Shown: positions 1-9,804 of the stretch, piece by piece | Layout of the letters: every line of letters begins with the position of its first letter | How positions within the stretch are numbered: the first letter of the stretch is position 1 | Assembly (NCBI GenBank): GCA_963805625.1 | Contig: CAWDVE010000010.1 | Span: forward strand, 1,728,001-1,792,000 | Reading direction: 5' to 3' | Source of the DNA: an uncultured Candidatus Rokubacteria bacterium | GTDB lineage: Bacteria; Methylomirabilota; Methylomirabilia; Rokubacteriales; DASRDR01 | Length of the DNA: 64,000 bases | Program-made: the position numbers and the translations under genes | The notes under the pieces: generated by a model | The model's input: the letters and a program-made list of their open reading frames with translations, nothing else | Database searches by the model: none | Told to the model about the DNA's origin: nothing

Positions 1-1
1 A

Positions 2-190
2 AACTTCCCAGTGATCTGGCGGCGGGCCGCCGTCTTCGTCGACAAGATCTTCAGGGGCGCGAAGCCCGCCGACCTCCCCGTGGAGCAGGCCTCCACGTTC
101 GAGTTCGTGATCAATCTCCCGACGGCGAAGGCGCTCGGGCTCACGATCCCGCCCTCGGTGCTGGCGCGGGCCGACGAGGTCATCCAGTAG
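2..190 (+). CDS. ABC transporter substrate-binding protein, 3' end only (cut by window edge)
   Basis: Frame 2 reads ...[50 protein letters not shown], paralogous to the next gene. Confidence 0.9.
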   Translation, partial: NFPVIWRRAAVFVDKIFRGAKPADLPVEQASTFEFVINLPTAKALGLTIPPSVLARADEVIQ

Positions 191-1176
191 TGGATAGACG
201 AGCTTTCATCGCTAGCACCTTCGGCATCCTCGCCGCGCCGCTCGCCGCCGCCGCGCAGCCGGCGGGGAAGATCGCTCGAATAGGCTACCTGGCGGCCGAC
301 CTGGCGGGCAATCCGCTTGCGACAGAGGCCTTTCGTCAAGGGCTGCGCGACCTCGGCTACGTCGAGGGCCACAACCTCATGATCGAATATCGATCTGCGG
401 CGGGGACGCCCGAGCGGCTCCCCGCTCTCGCGGCCGAACTGGTTGCGCTCAAGGTTGAGGTCATCGTGGCTCCCAACACACCCGCCGCCCTGGCCGCGAA
501 ACAAGCGACCAGGATCCTCCCCATTGTCTTCATTGGTGCGGGCGATCCGGTGACGAGCGGGCTCGTCACCAGCCTGGCGCGGCCAGGCGGCAATGTCACG
601 GGGTTGTCCGTCCTCTCCACGGAGCTCGTGGGCAAGTGGCTGGAACTGCTCAAACAGGCCGTTCCGGGGGTCAGTCGGGTCGCTGTCCTCTGGCAGCCAG
701 GCGCCATGGACGAGCGCACGGACAAGGAGATGCAAGAGGGAGCAGAAGTCGCGGCACAGGCGCTGGGGGTGCGGCTTCAATTCGTTGAGGCGCGAGGTCC
801 CGCCGATTTCGACAGGGCCTTCTCGGACATGACGAGGGCGCGGGCGGGTGCGCTGACTGTGCGGCCAGCCCCCATGTTCATCAGTGAGCGAAGACGCCTC
901 GTGGACCTGGCGGCAAAGAACCGGCTGCCGGCACTGTACGCGTGGAAGGAGTTTGTCGATGCCGGGGGCCTTATGGCCTATGGACCGAACCTCTTTGATT
1001 TGTATCGGCGCGCCGCTACCTACGTGGACAAGATTCTCAAAGGCGCCAAGCCCGGCGACCTGCCCGTGGAGCAGCCGACGAAGTTCGAGCTGGTGCTGAA
1101 CCTAAAGACCGCCAGGGCCCTCGGCCTGACGATCCCGCCCTCGGTGCTCGCGCGGGCGGATGAGGTAATAGAGTGA
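190..1176 (+). CDS. ABC transporter substrate-binding protein (ABC_sub_bind type)
   Basis: MDRRAF signal-like N-terminus; SLARPGGNVTG and DLPVEQPTKFELVLNLKTARALGL motifs. Confidence 0.92.
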   Translation: MDRRAFIASTFGILAAPLAAAAQPAGKIARIGYLAADLAGNPLATEAFRQGLRDLGYVEGHNLMIEYRSAAGTPERLPALAAELVALKVEVIVAPNTPAALAAKQATRILPIVFIGAGDPVTSGLVTSLARPGGNVTGLSVLSTELVGKWLELLKQAVPGVSRVAVLWQPGAMDERTDKEMQEGAEVAAQALGVRLQFVEARGPADFDRAFSDMTRARAGALTVRPAPMFISERRRLVDLAAKNRLPALYAWKEFVDAGGLMAYGPNLFDLYRRAATYVDKILKGAKPGDLPVEQPTKFELVLNLKTARALGLTIPPSVLARADEVIE

Positions 1177-1215
1177 CACTGACAGCGACCCACTAGCAGA
1201 CCAGGAGGTTTTCCG

Positions 1216-1602
1216 ATGAAGACTATCGTGACGCACGTGCACCTGAGGCCAGACGCCGGACGAGACTGGGACGCCGCAATGCGTAAGCGTCTATCGGCCG
1301 CGAGGAAGCGACCAGGTTGGGTAGGAGGACAACTCCTCCGCCCCGCCGATAAGGACGACAAGCGAGTGATTGTCGGCACGTGGAGGACCCGCGCGGATTG
1401 GGACGGATGGCACCATGATCCGACATTCGCGGAGACGCGTCAGCGACTCGAAGGACTAGAGAGCGCACCCGCTGAGCACTGGTGGCACGACGTCGTGCTG
1501 GATGCTCGGAAAACGACAGCTCCTCCCCCGCCCACCTCCAAGTCCCCAAACAAGCGGAAGGCGAAGGGCAAGACAAAGAGTCCACGAAGGCGCTCGGCCT
1601 GA
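1216..1602 (+). CDS. Antibiotic biosynthesis monooxygenase (ABM) family protein
   Basis: AGGAGG RBS; ABM-like pattern (PGWVGGQLL...VIVGTW...W); basic C-terminal tail. Confidence 0.75.
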   Translation: MKTIVTHVHLRPDAGRDWDAAMRKRLSAARKRPGWVGGQLLRPADKDDKRVIVGTWRTRADWDGWHHDPTFAETRQRLEGLESAPAEHWWHDVVLDARKTTAPPPPTSKSPNKRKAKGKTKSPRRRSA

Positions 1603-2099
1603 CGAACCCGCTCGAGGCTGCCACCAGAGCACGTCGCCCTCCGCGCGACCCTCGACAAGGCGGCCTCTGAGTGCCGGGTCACCTTCCCGATCATCGTCCG
1701 GTACGAGATCGACCCGTTTGACCAGCTCGTCTACTACTACCGGGAAGACATGGGATATGAGGACCGCCAGCGGTTCCTCGACTGCGTGGCCGATCGCGTC
1801 CGCGGTGCGGGCGTCACACTGACCGGCGCCGGCGGTGGGACGTCTGTGCCGACGCTCGTCTACCCCGATGACCTACGGATCGTCACCCCTTCGGCCTCCC
1901 TGGCACCCGAGCGAACTGCCTACTCGGGGCACTGGGTCGGCGCGTTGAATATGCAGCGGTCACGGCGTGCACGGCGATCTCACCGAGAAAGCGGAGGGCC
2001 CACGCCTCGTGAGCGCGACCGCGACTGCAGGCCGAACGGAGCGCGACGTCGGGGTGGGCCAGCGGGGCGCGCGACATGCCAGCCCGTCTCGGATTCGCG

Positions 2100-4007
2100 T
2101 CAGCGCTCTGGCACCCCAGCCTTGCGTGCCCCCTCGACGATCCGCAGATATTCCTTGCGGAACGTTGGATTCTCGGAGTACCCGAATCCTTCCTGCACCA
2201 GGTTCTGGACCGTCAACCCCGGTCTCAGCTTCAGGAGTTCCCCAACTGCGGCCGCGGCCTCTGCGGTCTGCCCGCGCCAGGCATACGCGGAGGCGAGATC
2301 GACCCAGACGAACCAGTACGTCTTACCGGTCGCGATCGACTTGAGGCACCACTCGATCGCCGCGGCGTCGCGTGCCAGGTGACTATGCGCGTGGCAGAGC
2401 GCGTAATACCAGACATACAACTCAGGATCGCGCGGGCTCAGACGAATCGCCCTCTCCACCGGCGCTACGGCATCCGCGGCCCGACCCATCGTAATCAACA
2501 CTCGCGCCCTTTCCACGTGCGCGGCCGTATGGTTGCGATCGAGGGCGATCGCACGGTCATATGCCGCGAGCGCCGCATCGAACCGGTTCGACACGCTGAG
2601 AACCTGGGCCTTGACGTAATGAGCCTGCGCATTGTTGGGCGCGGTGGAGATCGCCCGCGTGGCTGCTTCGTCGGCCCGGACCAGGACCCTGGCGGGTTCC
2701 GGATCCCAACGGCTGCGGTAGATGGACGTGAGGGCCTGCGCCAGCCCGGCGTTCGCCTGGCTGTCGTCGGGATCGATGCGAAGGGCCTGCTCGAACCACG
2801 TCACGGACCTCTGCACGTCGTCTTTGTTCGACCCCGCATTCAGGACCGACCAGCCACGCATGGTGAGGTCCACCGCGTCCGGGTTGGCGCGCGGCGCCCG
2901 CCGACCCTCGACGTTGACGAGTTCGAAGCTGAGCGTCCTCGCCAGCCGGTTCGCGATGCCGAAGTTGTCCAGGGAGGTCGCGAGTGCGCCCTGATCGACG
3001 TCCATCTGCTCGGCCCAGAGATGCGCGCCGGTGCCCGCGTCGATGAGTTGTGCGTTGACGCGGACAGTGCCTCCCATTCGACGCACGCTCCCCTCGAGCA
3101 CATACCGGACGCCCAGCTCGCGGCCGATCTCCCGGACATCGACGGCCTTACCCTTGAACGTGAACGCAGTGTTCCTGGCGATCACGAAGCTTCCGGCAAT
3201 TCGCGAGAGATCAGTCGTGAGATCTTCGGTTATGCCATCGGCGAAGTAGTCCTGGCTCGGATCGCCACTGAGGTTCCTGAAGGGCAGCACGACGATCGAG
3301 AGGCGCGGCGCCTCCGTGCTGTCCGCTGGCTGACCTGGAGAGACGCGCGATCTGATCCACCAGGCCCCTGCCACCCCGAGGATGACCAGGAAGGCCACCA
3401 GGCCCCACACGGCCCAGGGCCTCCGGTTCGCTACGGCGGGGCGCGTGACGGGCGTGGCCAGCTCTCTGGAGGATGCTCCCGGAACTCGGAGTCGGTACAT
3501 TCGCAGGGGCTGCTCGATGTTCTTGACCTGCCGCTCGCCCACATCCTCGAAGGTGAACGGCAGCTTGCCACGGACCTGATCGTGGACGGTATTTGACACG
3601 AGCACGCCGCCCGGGTCGGCCAGCGCTTCGAGCCGCGCCGCGATGTTGATGCCGTCGCCGTAGATCCGGGTCTCGTCGTGGATCACATCCCCCAGATTGA
3701 TCCCGATACGGAACTGCATTCGGCGACTCTCAGGCACGTCGGCGTTGCGCTCGGCCATCACGCCCTGGATCTCGACCGCGCACTCGGTCGCGCCGATGAC
3801 GCTCGGAAACTCGGCCATGATGCCGTCTCCGGCGGTGTCGATGATCCGCCCGCCGTGACGGCCGATCAGCGGCAGGATCACGCTCTGATGGGCCTTGAGG
3901 TCCCGCACGGTGGCGGCCTCATCCGCGTGCATGAGCCGGCTGTAGCCGGCGATGTCGGCGGCAAGAATGGCGGCGAGCCGACGCGGCAACGAGGGCGCTT
4001 CGTCCAT
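2100..4007 (-). CDS. Class III adenylate/guanylate cyclase with TM, TolB-like and TPR domains
   Basis: RRLAAILAADIAGYSRLM, TAGDG and GDGINIAARLE; SIVVLPFRNLS..QDYFADGITEDL; TPR helices. Start reassigned to ATG 4007. Confidence 0.9.
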   Translation of the reverse strand: MDEAPSLPRRLAAILAADIAGYSRLMHADEAATVRDLKAHQSVILPLIGRHGGRIIDTAGDGIMAEFPSVIGATECAVEIQGVMAERNADVPESRRMQFRIGINLGDVIHDETRIYGDGINIAARLEALADPGGVLVSNTVHDQVRGKLPFTFEDVGERQVKNIEQPLRMYRLRVPGASSRELATPVTRPAVANRRPWAVWGLVAFLVILGVAGAWWIRSRVSPGQPADSTEAPRLSIVVLPFRNLSGDPSQDYFADGITEDLTTDLSRIAGSFVIARNTAFTFKGKAVDVREIGRELGVRYVLEGSVRRMGGTVRVNAQLIDAGTGAHLWAEQMDVDQGALATSLDNFGIANRLARTLSFELVNVEGRRAPRANPDAVDLTMRGWSVLNAGSNKDDVQRSVTWFEQALRIDPDDSQANAGLAQALTSIYRSRWDPEPARVLVRADEAATRAISTAPNNAQAHYVKAQVLSVSNRFDAALAAYDRAIALDRNHTAAHVERARVLITMGRAADAVAPVERAIRLSPRDPELYVWYYALCHAHSHLARDAAAIEWCLKSIATGKTYWFVWVDLASAYAWRGQTAEAAAAVGELLKLRPGLTVQNLVQEGFGYSENPTFRKEYLRIVEGARKAGVPER

Positions 4008-4389
4008 GACGCGGTCTCGCGCTCCCACTGGCGAGCGGGTGCTAGTGTTGCACATCGCCCTGCGGATCGCCAGCAGAGTGCCCCATCGCTGGCGGCGAGG
4101 CGCCAGCGGACATCGGCGCTGCTCCCCGTTCACCCTATGTCGTACGGACGCTGTATGGGCGTTGCGCTCCTCGCCGATGGGCGGACGTGTGAACAGGCGC
4201 TGGCCGAGAAGTACTGACCGCCGCGACGGCGACGGCCGGTGGCATGGCCCTCGCTCGAGCTGGCCCACCCCGGGGGCTCAGCGGCCTGGGCTGGTGCAGT
4301 GCCCGCGGCGCCGAGGAACGGCGGATCCAGGACGCCAACGGGTCCTGGCCTCGGTCAATCCGGGCTGTCCCGGGGACACAGCCGGGGCG

Positions 4390-4790
4390 GATCGAACCGG
4401 AATTGCTCGAGGGTCAGCGCATTGTCCAGCGCGGTAGGTAGAGGGAACCGCCCGAGCTCCAGCTCGAGCCGTCCGGCCTCCACCTTGGACAGGTCGAGGA
4501 TGTCGTTGATCAGGGAGAGCAGATGCCGGCCGGAGGACAGGATGTCCTGGAGGTACTCGGCCTGTTTCTCGTTCACCTCCCCGAACACCGCTCGGCCAGC
4601 ACCTCCGAGAAGCCGAGGATCGCGTTCAGCGGCGTCCGCAGCTCGTGGGACATGTTGGCGAGGAACTCGGACTTGTGGCGGCTGGCGGCTTCGAGCTGCC
4701 GGCTCTTCGCCTCGAGCTCCCGGAACAGGCGGGCGTTCTGGATGGCCAGGGCGGACTGGGTCCCGAACGTCCTCAGCAAGTCGACGACCG
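4390..4790 (-). pseudogene. GAF/histidine kinase fragment, frameshifted and truncated
   Basis: [38 protein letters not shown] continues in another frame as [39 protein letters not shown]; no HATPase domain. Confidence 0.85.
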
Positions 4791-4993
4791 CCGCCGCGAA
4801 ACTTTCGCGCGGAGGCTCATCATGGAACCCTCCTCCGGCCCGAGGGCCGTCGAGGGTCACATCACAAATGGCGCGGGCCTCCCGCTCGGTAACATTCTAG
4901 ATGGCGTGATTCGCAATCTTTACGCCGACGCTGGCGCCAATATATCTGGCGCGATCTTGCGCGCATCGTCCAGACTAGCGAGCGAAGCCTCGA

Positions 4994-5022
4994 TTGACAA
5001 TCGACGCGGCTGCGCTTAGCGT
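4994..5022 (+). promoter_or_regulatory. Sigma-70-type promoter
   Basis: TTGACA-17 nt-TAGCGT upstream of the small ORF at 5110. Confidence 0.6.
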
Positions 5023-5109
5023 CGGTACCTAGCGTCTGACTCTTGGGGATGGAATCGTGCTCCTTGAGGGACGACGTTCGCTGTTCATCTCCGTCTACTG
5101 GAGGGTTCT

Positions 5110-5292
5110 ATGGCAGTCAAGCCGAAGGGATTGGTGGTGGTGGCCATGTACGTCTCTCCGGGTGTGTCTCGGGGCGCCGGAGGCTTCGTGATCGTCAACG
5201 GAAAGCTCAAGAGGGTGCCGCCACGGGGCCCGGCCTTCAAGCAGCTCCAGGCGGCGATCCAGGCGGTCGCAAGCAAGCGCGGCGGGCGCTAG
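5110..5292 (+). CDS. Small hypothetical protein (60 aa)
   Basis: GGAGGG RBS, upstream promoter, GC-rich third codon positions. Confidence 0.65.
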   Translation: MAVKPKGLVVVAMYVSPGVSRGAGGFVIVNGKLKRVPPRGPAFKQLQAAIQAVASKRGGR

Positions 5293-5564
5293 CGCGCGGC
5301 CGGCCGAGAGGATGGGCCGGCGCCGTGTTGGCCTGCCCCCACTGGTCCATCATGAGCAACTGACCTCCTCCACTGATCTCCCAGCGGGCAAGGTCTCCCC
5401 AATCCACCGCGGGTCCCGCCAGCCGCGCCTCCCTGACCCCTCACCTGAGGAACGCCCAAGTCCAGAGCCCGGCGGGGCCCGCCGGTGCCGTTCTTGACAC
5501 CGTCCGCGCCGGCCGCGCACCATCGAGGTCGAGTGGGTCAGGGCGGCCTTCGTCCGCCAGCCCC

Positions 5565-5584
5565 CGGGGGAAACGGCCGAGAAG
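5565..5584 (+). repeat. 20-bp direct repeat, copy 1 (CGGGGGAAACGGCCGAGAAG)
   Basis: Identical to 8572-8591. Confidence 0.85.
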
Positions 5585-5738
5585 AGCCACTAGGTCGACT
5601 ACCCTCCCGGCCCGGACCGCTGGAGGGTAACGCTCCAGTGACGAGCTGGGTCACGCTGCGCTGTCTCTGGAAAGGAGCGACCGCTCGCGAGGCCGTCCGA
5701 AGCGTGGAGGCACGCTCTGGTGCTGTAGAGTTGGAAGC

Positions 5739-7217
5739 ATGGAGCCGGGGGAGCCTTCGCGCGGCTGCTTCTCCTGCGACCTTTCCGGGCCCGGAAGGGA
5801 CCTCTCGCACTTCTGGGAGCACGTGGTTGGCAGCGACCACGCCCCGGTCGCGCTGCGGGCCGACTGGCAGGCCCAGCTCCGGCGGTGCCGGCGCGAGTTG
5901 GGCCTGTGCGCGGTGCGCTTTCACGGGCTCCTCTCCGACGATGTCGGAACGTTCATCGTCCACGACCAGGCGCCACTCTATTCGTTCTTCAACGCCGACC
6001 AGATCGTGGACTTCCTGCTCTCGATCGGCATGCGGCCCTTCGTGGAGTTGAGCTTCATGCCCGCGGCCCTCGCGTCGGGCGACAGGACCGTCTTCCGCTA
6101 TCGCGGCAACGTCACCCCACCCATCGACTACGGAGCGTGGGGGGAGCTCGTCCGCGGGCTCGTCGCCCACTGGAAGCAACGCTACGGAACCGAGGAGGTG
6201 GAGCGCTGGCACTTCGAGGTCTGGAATGAGCCTAACCTCGAGGACTTCTGGGCAGGGACGCAGCAGGACTACTGGCGGCTGTATCGCCACGCGGCGCAGG
6301 CCGTCAAGTCGGTCGATCCCTCGTTCCGAGTCGGTGGGCCGGCCACGGCCAGGAACGAGTGGATCGCCGAGTTCCTCGACTTCTGCGAGCGGGAGGCCGT
6401 GCCCGCGGACTTCGTCAGCACCCATCACTACCCCACCGACGCGCTCGGGAACGAGAAGGACGACACCGAGAGCCAGCTTTCGCAGGGTCGCCGCGGCCTT
6501 CTCCGCGACCAGGCGCGCAGAGCGCGCCAGGAGGCGGGCCAGCGGCCGCTCCTGTACACCGAGTGGAACACCTCCTCGAACCCGCGCGACCGCCTCCATG
6601 ACCAGCCCTACGCCGCGGCCTTCATCGTCAAGACCGTGATGGAGATGAGCGGGCTGGTCGAGAGCTACGGCTTCTGGACCTTCACCGACCTGTTCGCCGA
6701 GAACTACTTCCCCTCGGTTCCCTTCCACGGAGGCTTCGGCCTCCTCAACCTCCACGGGATCGCGAAGCCCTCCTACCGTGCCTTCGAGCTGCTGCACCGG
6801 CTCGGTCGCCGCGAGCTGCGCGTCGAGGGCGCTCATCCGACGGTGGACGTCTGGGTCGTGCGCAAGGGCCAAGCGCTCACCGTGCTGCTCACCAACCACG
6901 CTCTGCCCCGCCACTCGATCGCGACCGAGTCGATCGAGGTCCGGCTGGGGAACGCGCCCGCGCCGCACGGGGCGCGGATCGAACGGATCGACGAAGACCA
7001 CGCCAATGCCAGGGTCGAGTGGCTCCACATGGGGAGCCCCGAATACCTTCGGCGCGCGGACATCGAGCGCTTGCAGGAGGCCTCGGTAATGACGACGCAG
7101 AGCTGTCCGCTCAGCTACGCCGATGGCACGATCGTCTTGCGGGTCGAGCTTCCGCCGCACGCCGTGGCCGCGGTCACGCTGGAGCTGGCCGCCGGCGTTA
7201 GGAGAGCGAGACGGTGA
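5739..7217 (+). CDS. Glycoside hydrolase family 39 (beta-xylosidase-like)
   Basis: VRFHGLLSDD, RPFVELSFMP, FEVWNEPN (acid/base), YTEWN (nucleophile), PFHGGFGLL. Confidence 0.92.
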   Translation: MEPGEPSRGCFSCDLSGPGRDLSHFWEHVVGSDHAPVALRADWQAQLRRCRRELGLCAVRFHGLLSDDVGTFIVHDQAPLYSFFNADQIVDFLLSIGMRPFVELSFMPAALASGDRTVFRYRGNVTPPIDYGAWGELVRGLVAHWKQRYGTEEVERWHFEVWNEPNLEDFWAGTQQDYWRLYRHAAQAVKSVDPSFRVGGPATARNEWIAEFLDFCEREAVPADFVSTHHYPTDALGNEKDDTESQLSQGRRGLLRDQARRARQEAGQRPLLYTEWNTSSNPRDRLHDQPYAAAFIVKTVMEMSGLVESYGFWTFTDLFAENYFPSVPFHGGFGLLNLHGIAKPSYRAFELLHRLGRRELRVEGAHPTVDVWVVRKGQALTVLLTNHALPRHSIATESIEVRLGNAPAPHGARIERIDEDHANARVEWLHMGSPEYLRRADIERLQEASVMTTQSCPLSYADGTIVLRVELPPHAVAAVTLELAAGVRRARR

Positions 7218-8527
7218 GGATCTCGCGCTCAGACCAGCGCTACCTCGACAAGCTGCAGCGCGACACATTCCAGTACTTCTGGAAGGAAGCCGATCCTCGA
7301 AGCGGCCTTGTGCCCGACAACACGAGCAAGGGTGCGCCCTCGAGCATCGCGGCCGTGGGACTGGCTCTCGCCACCTACACGGTCGGTGTCGAACGTCATT
7401 GCATCAGCCGCAAGCAGGGCATCGAGCGGACGCTGGCGACTCTGCGCTTCTTCGTCGAGAGTCCCCAAGGGCCTCAGGCCGACGCCACCGGCTACAGGGG
7501 CTTCTACTACCATTTCCTCGACATGCGGAGCGGACGCAGGGTGTGGAAGTGCGAGCTGTCCACGATCGACACCACGATCCTGCTCGCCGGCGGGCTCACC
7601 GCGGCTCGGTACTTCGACCGGCCGGCCGCCGCGGAGCGGGCCATCCGCGACCTGGCCGAAGAGCTGTACCGGCGCGCCGACTGGTCGTGGGCGCTCAATG
7701 GTGGACCCACGGTCTCGCACGGGTGGCGACCGGAGAGAGGGTTCATCCGTTACCGGTGGCAGGGCTACAATGAAGCGCTGATCCTGTACGTCCTGGGTCT
7801 GGGCTCGCCGACGCACCCCTTGCCCGAATCGAGCTATCCCGCCTGGACGTCGACGTACGTCTGGAAGAGGGTCTACGGACACGAGTACCTCTACGGCGCG
7901 CCGCTCTTCATCCATCAGTTGTCGCATCTCTGGCTCGACCTCCGCGGGATCCAGGACGATTACATGCGCCGCAGGGACAGCGACTACTTCGTCAACAGCC
8001 GCCGAGCGACTCACGTGCAGCAGCAGTACGCGGTCCGCAACCCCAGGAAGTTCGAGGGCTACAGCGCCTGTTCGTGGGGGTTCACGGCCAGCGATGGGCC
8101 CGGTCCGGCACGCCGCCGCATCCGCGGCGTGGCGCGCCTCTTCCACGCCTACAAGGCCCGCGGCGTGCCCTGGGGCCCCGACGACGGGACGCTGGCTCCG
8201 TGGGCGGCGGCGGCCTCGCTGCCGTTCGTACCGGACGTCGTCCTGTCCACGCTGCGCTACTTCGACGAGGCCTTTCCCGAGATGGTCAGCCGGTACGGCT
8301 TCAAGTGCAGCTTCAATCCTACGTTTCCCGCACGGACGGCCAAGGGCTGGATTTCGAAAGGCTACTACGGCCTCGACCAGGGCCCGGTCGTCCTCATGAT
8401 CGAGAACCAGCGCTCGGAGCTGATCTGGCGGCTCATGCGCGGGTGTCCGCACGTCGTGAGGGGGCTGCAACGGGCGGGGTTCGACGGAGGCTGGCTGGCC
8501 GCCACGACCCCGAGGTTGGCATCATAG
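7214..8527 (+). CDS. Glucoamylase-like family / GH144-like glycoside hydrolase
   Basis: SSIAAVG, GFYYHFLD, ELSTIDT, YNEALILYVL, PLFIHQ.SH, WGFTASDGP, GLDQGP; GTGA overlap with GH39. Confidence 0.88.
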   Translation: MRISRSDQRYLDKLQRDTFQYFWKEADPRSGLVPDNTSKGAPSSIAAVGLALATYTVGVERHCISRKQGIERTLATLRFFVESPQGPQADATGYRGFYYHFLDMRSGRRVWKCELSTIDTTILLAGGLTAARYFDRPAAAERAIRDLAEELYRRADWSWALNGGPTVSHGWRPERGFIRYRWQGYNEALILYVLGLGSPTHPLPESSYPAWTSTYVWKRVYGHEYLYGAPLFIHQLSHLWLDLRGIQDDYMRRRDSDYFVNSRRATHVQQQYAVRNPRKFEGYSACSWGFTASDGPGPARRRIRGVARLFHAYKARGVPWGPDDGTLAPWAAAASLPFVPDVVLSTLRYFDEAFPEMVSRYGFKCSFNPTFPARTAKGWISKGYYGLDQGPVVLMIENQRSELIWRLMRGCPHVVRGLQRAGFDGGWLAATTPRLAS

Positions 8528-8571
8528 GCCGGACCACCGGCCACAGGTGCTAACATCCGCCCCTTGGGGAA

Positions 8572-8591
8572 CGGGGGAAACGGCCGAGAAG
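8572..8591 (+). repeat. 20-bp direct repeat, copy 2
   Basis: Identical to 5565-5584; abuts the truncated YihY fragment. Confidence 0.85.
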
Positions 8592-8790
8592 GCTCCATAC
8601 GAGGAGCCGATGCTGGCACGGCCGAGGTATAGGCCGATCAAGACGCCGAAGAGCAGTGACGTGATGACCGCCCCGACCCATACGTCCGGCCAGTCGAGCC
8701 GAACATCGGGCAGGACCCGATACACCATCGCGATCAGAACCGAGATCACGAGCAACGAGACGAGTAAGTTCAGGATCTGCCACACTGTGC
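8592..8790 (-). pseudogene. YihY/virulence factor BrkB family internal fragment
   Basis: AMVYRVLPDVRLDWPDVWVGAVITSLLF...LYLG...SSYGA; both ends missing. Confidence 0.8.
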
Positions 8791-8845
8791 CACCGCCCGG
8801 GTTCGCTGCCGGCCGAGACCTGGTGTCGCCGAGAGGAGATCGCCG

Positions 8846-9460
8846 ATGAAGAAGTATGTGCTGCCTGACCTGGCATACGAGTACTCCGCACTGGAGCCGC
8901 ACTACGCCGCGCGGCCGCTCGAGGTGCATCATCGCAAGCATCACGCGGCGTACGTCGCTGGCGCGAACACGACGCTCGAGAAGCTCGCGACGGCCCGTGA
9001 GCGCCGGAATTTCGAAGCGATCAACCAGCTGCAGAAGAGTCTCGCCTTTCATGTCTCCGGGCACGTGCTGCACTCACTCTTCTGGCGCAACATGAGCCCG
9101 CACGGTGGTGGGCAGCCCGGGGGCGAGGTGACCGCCGCCATCCAAGAGTCGTTCGGTTCGTTCGACGCCCTCAAGAGCCAGCTGACCGAAGCGGCGCTCA
9201 ACGTTCAAGGCTCCGGCTGGGGGGCCCTGGCGTGGGAGCCCGTCGGTCAGCGCTTGGTCGTGGAGCAGGTCTACGACCACCAAGGCAATATCGGCAACGG
9301 CACGGTGCCGCTGCTCGTGCTCGACATGTGGGAACATGCCTACTACCTGCAGTATCAACACGCGAAGGGCGATTGGGTCACGGCCTTCTGGAAGGTGGTC
9401 AATTGGGAGGACGTCGCGCAGCGCTTTCAGAAGGTGCGCACACTGGACCTCGGGCTGTAG
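8846..9460 (+). CDS. Fe/Mn superoxide dismutase
   Basis: LPDLAYEYSALEPH, HHRKHHAAYV, GHVLHSLFW, GSGW, DMWEHAYYLQY. Confidence 0.96.
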   Translation: MKKYVLPDLAYEYSALEPHYAARPLEVHHRKHHAAYVAGANTTLEKLATARERRNFEAINQLQKSLAFHVSGHVLHSLFWRNMSPHGGGQPGGEVTAAIQESFGSFDALKSQLTEAALNVQGSGWGALAWEPVGQRLVVEQVYDHQGNIGNGTVPLLVLDMWEHAYYLQYQHAKGDWVTAFWKVVNWEDVAQRFQKVRTLDLGL

Positions 9461-9804
9461 CCTGGTTCCCCGGGCGCCGGCTCGCTTTGGTAGCGACTTC
9501 AGCGGGTGGGAGGGATCGGCCGCCACGTCGCCCTCAGGCGTGGGTTCCGAGGCTCTAGCGGTTCAACCGAGGCAGTGGGCGGGTACATTAGTCAGAGAAA
9601 GCACTCTCCGACATGCGGCGGCTCTACCGTCTGGGCTACGAGGCGGCGTTCCGCCTGCGGGTGAAACGGCCGAGAGCCGCCGACCGAGAGCCTGTCCGCC
9701 TTTTGTCCACACTCCGTCCGGCGGGCCAGCGGTTGATCCTTTGCGCTGATCCTGAGATAGAGCCCGGTCCACACGTCTTAAACGGTCTTGACTGGGAGAG
9801 ATGT

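Noticed and set aside
5600-5700. glmS ribozyme or glycine riboswitch
   Set aside because: Only short partial motif matches; the remaining conserved cores are absent. Kept only as an unknown structured-RNA candidate.
9690-9712. TGTCCGC/TGTCCAC pair as a fourth att arm
   Set aside because: No tRNA fragment or TCAC array nearby; too short to support.
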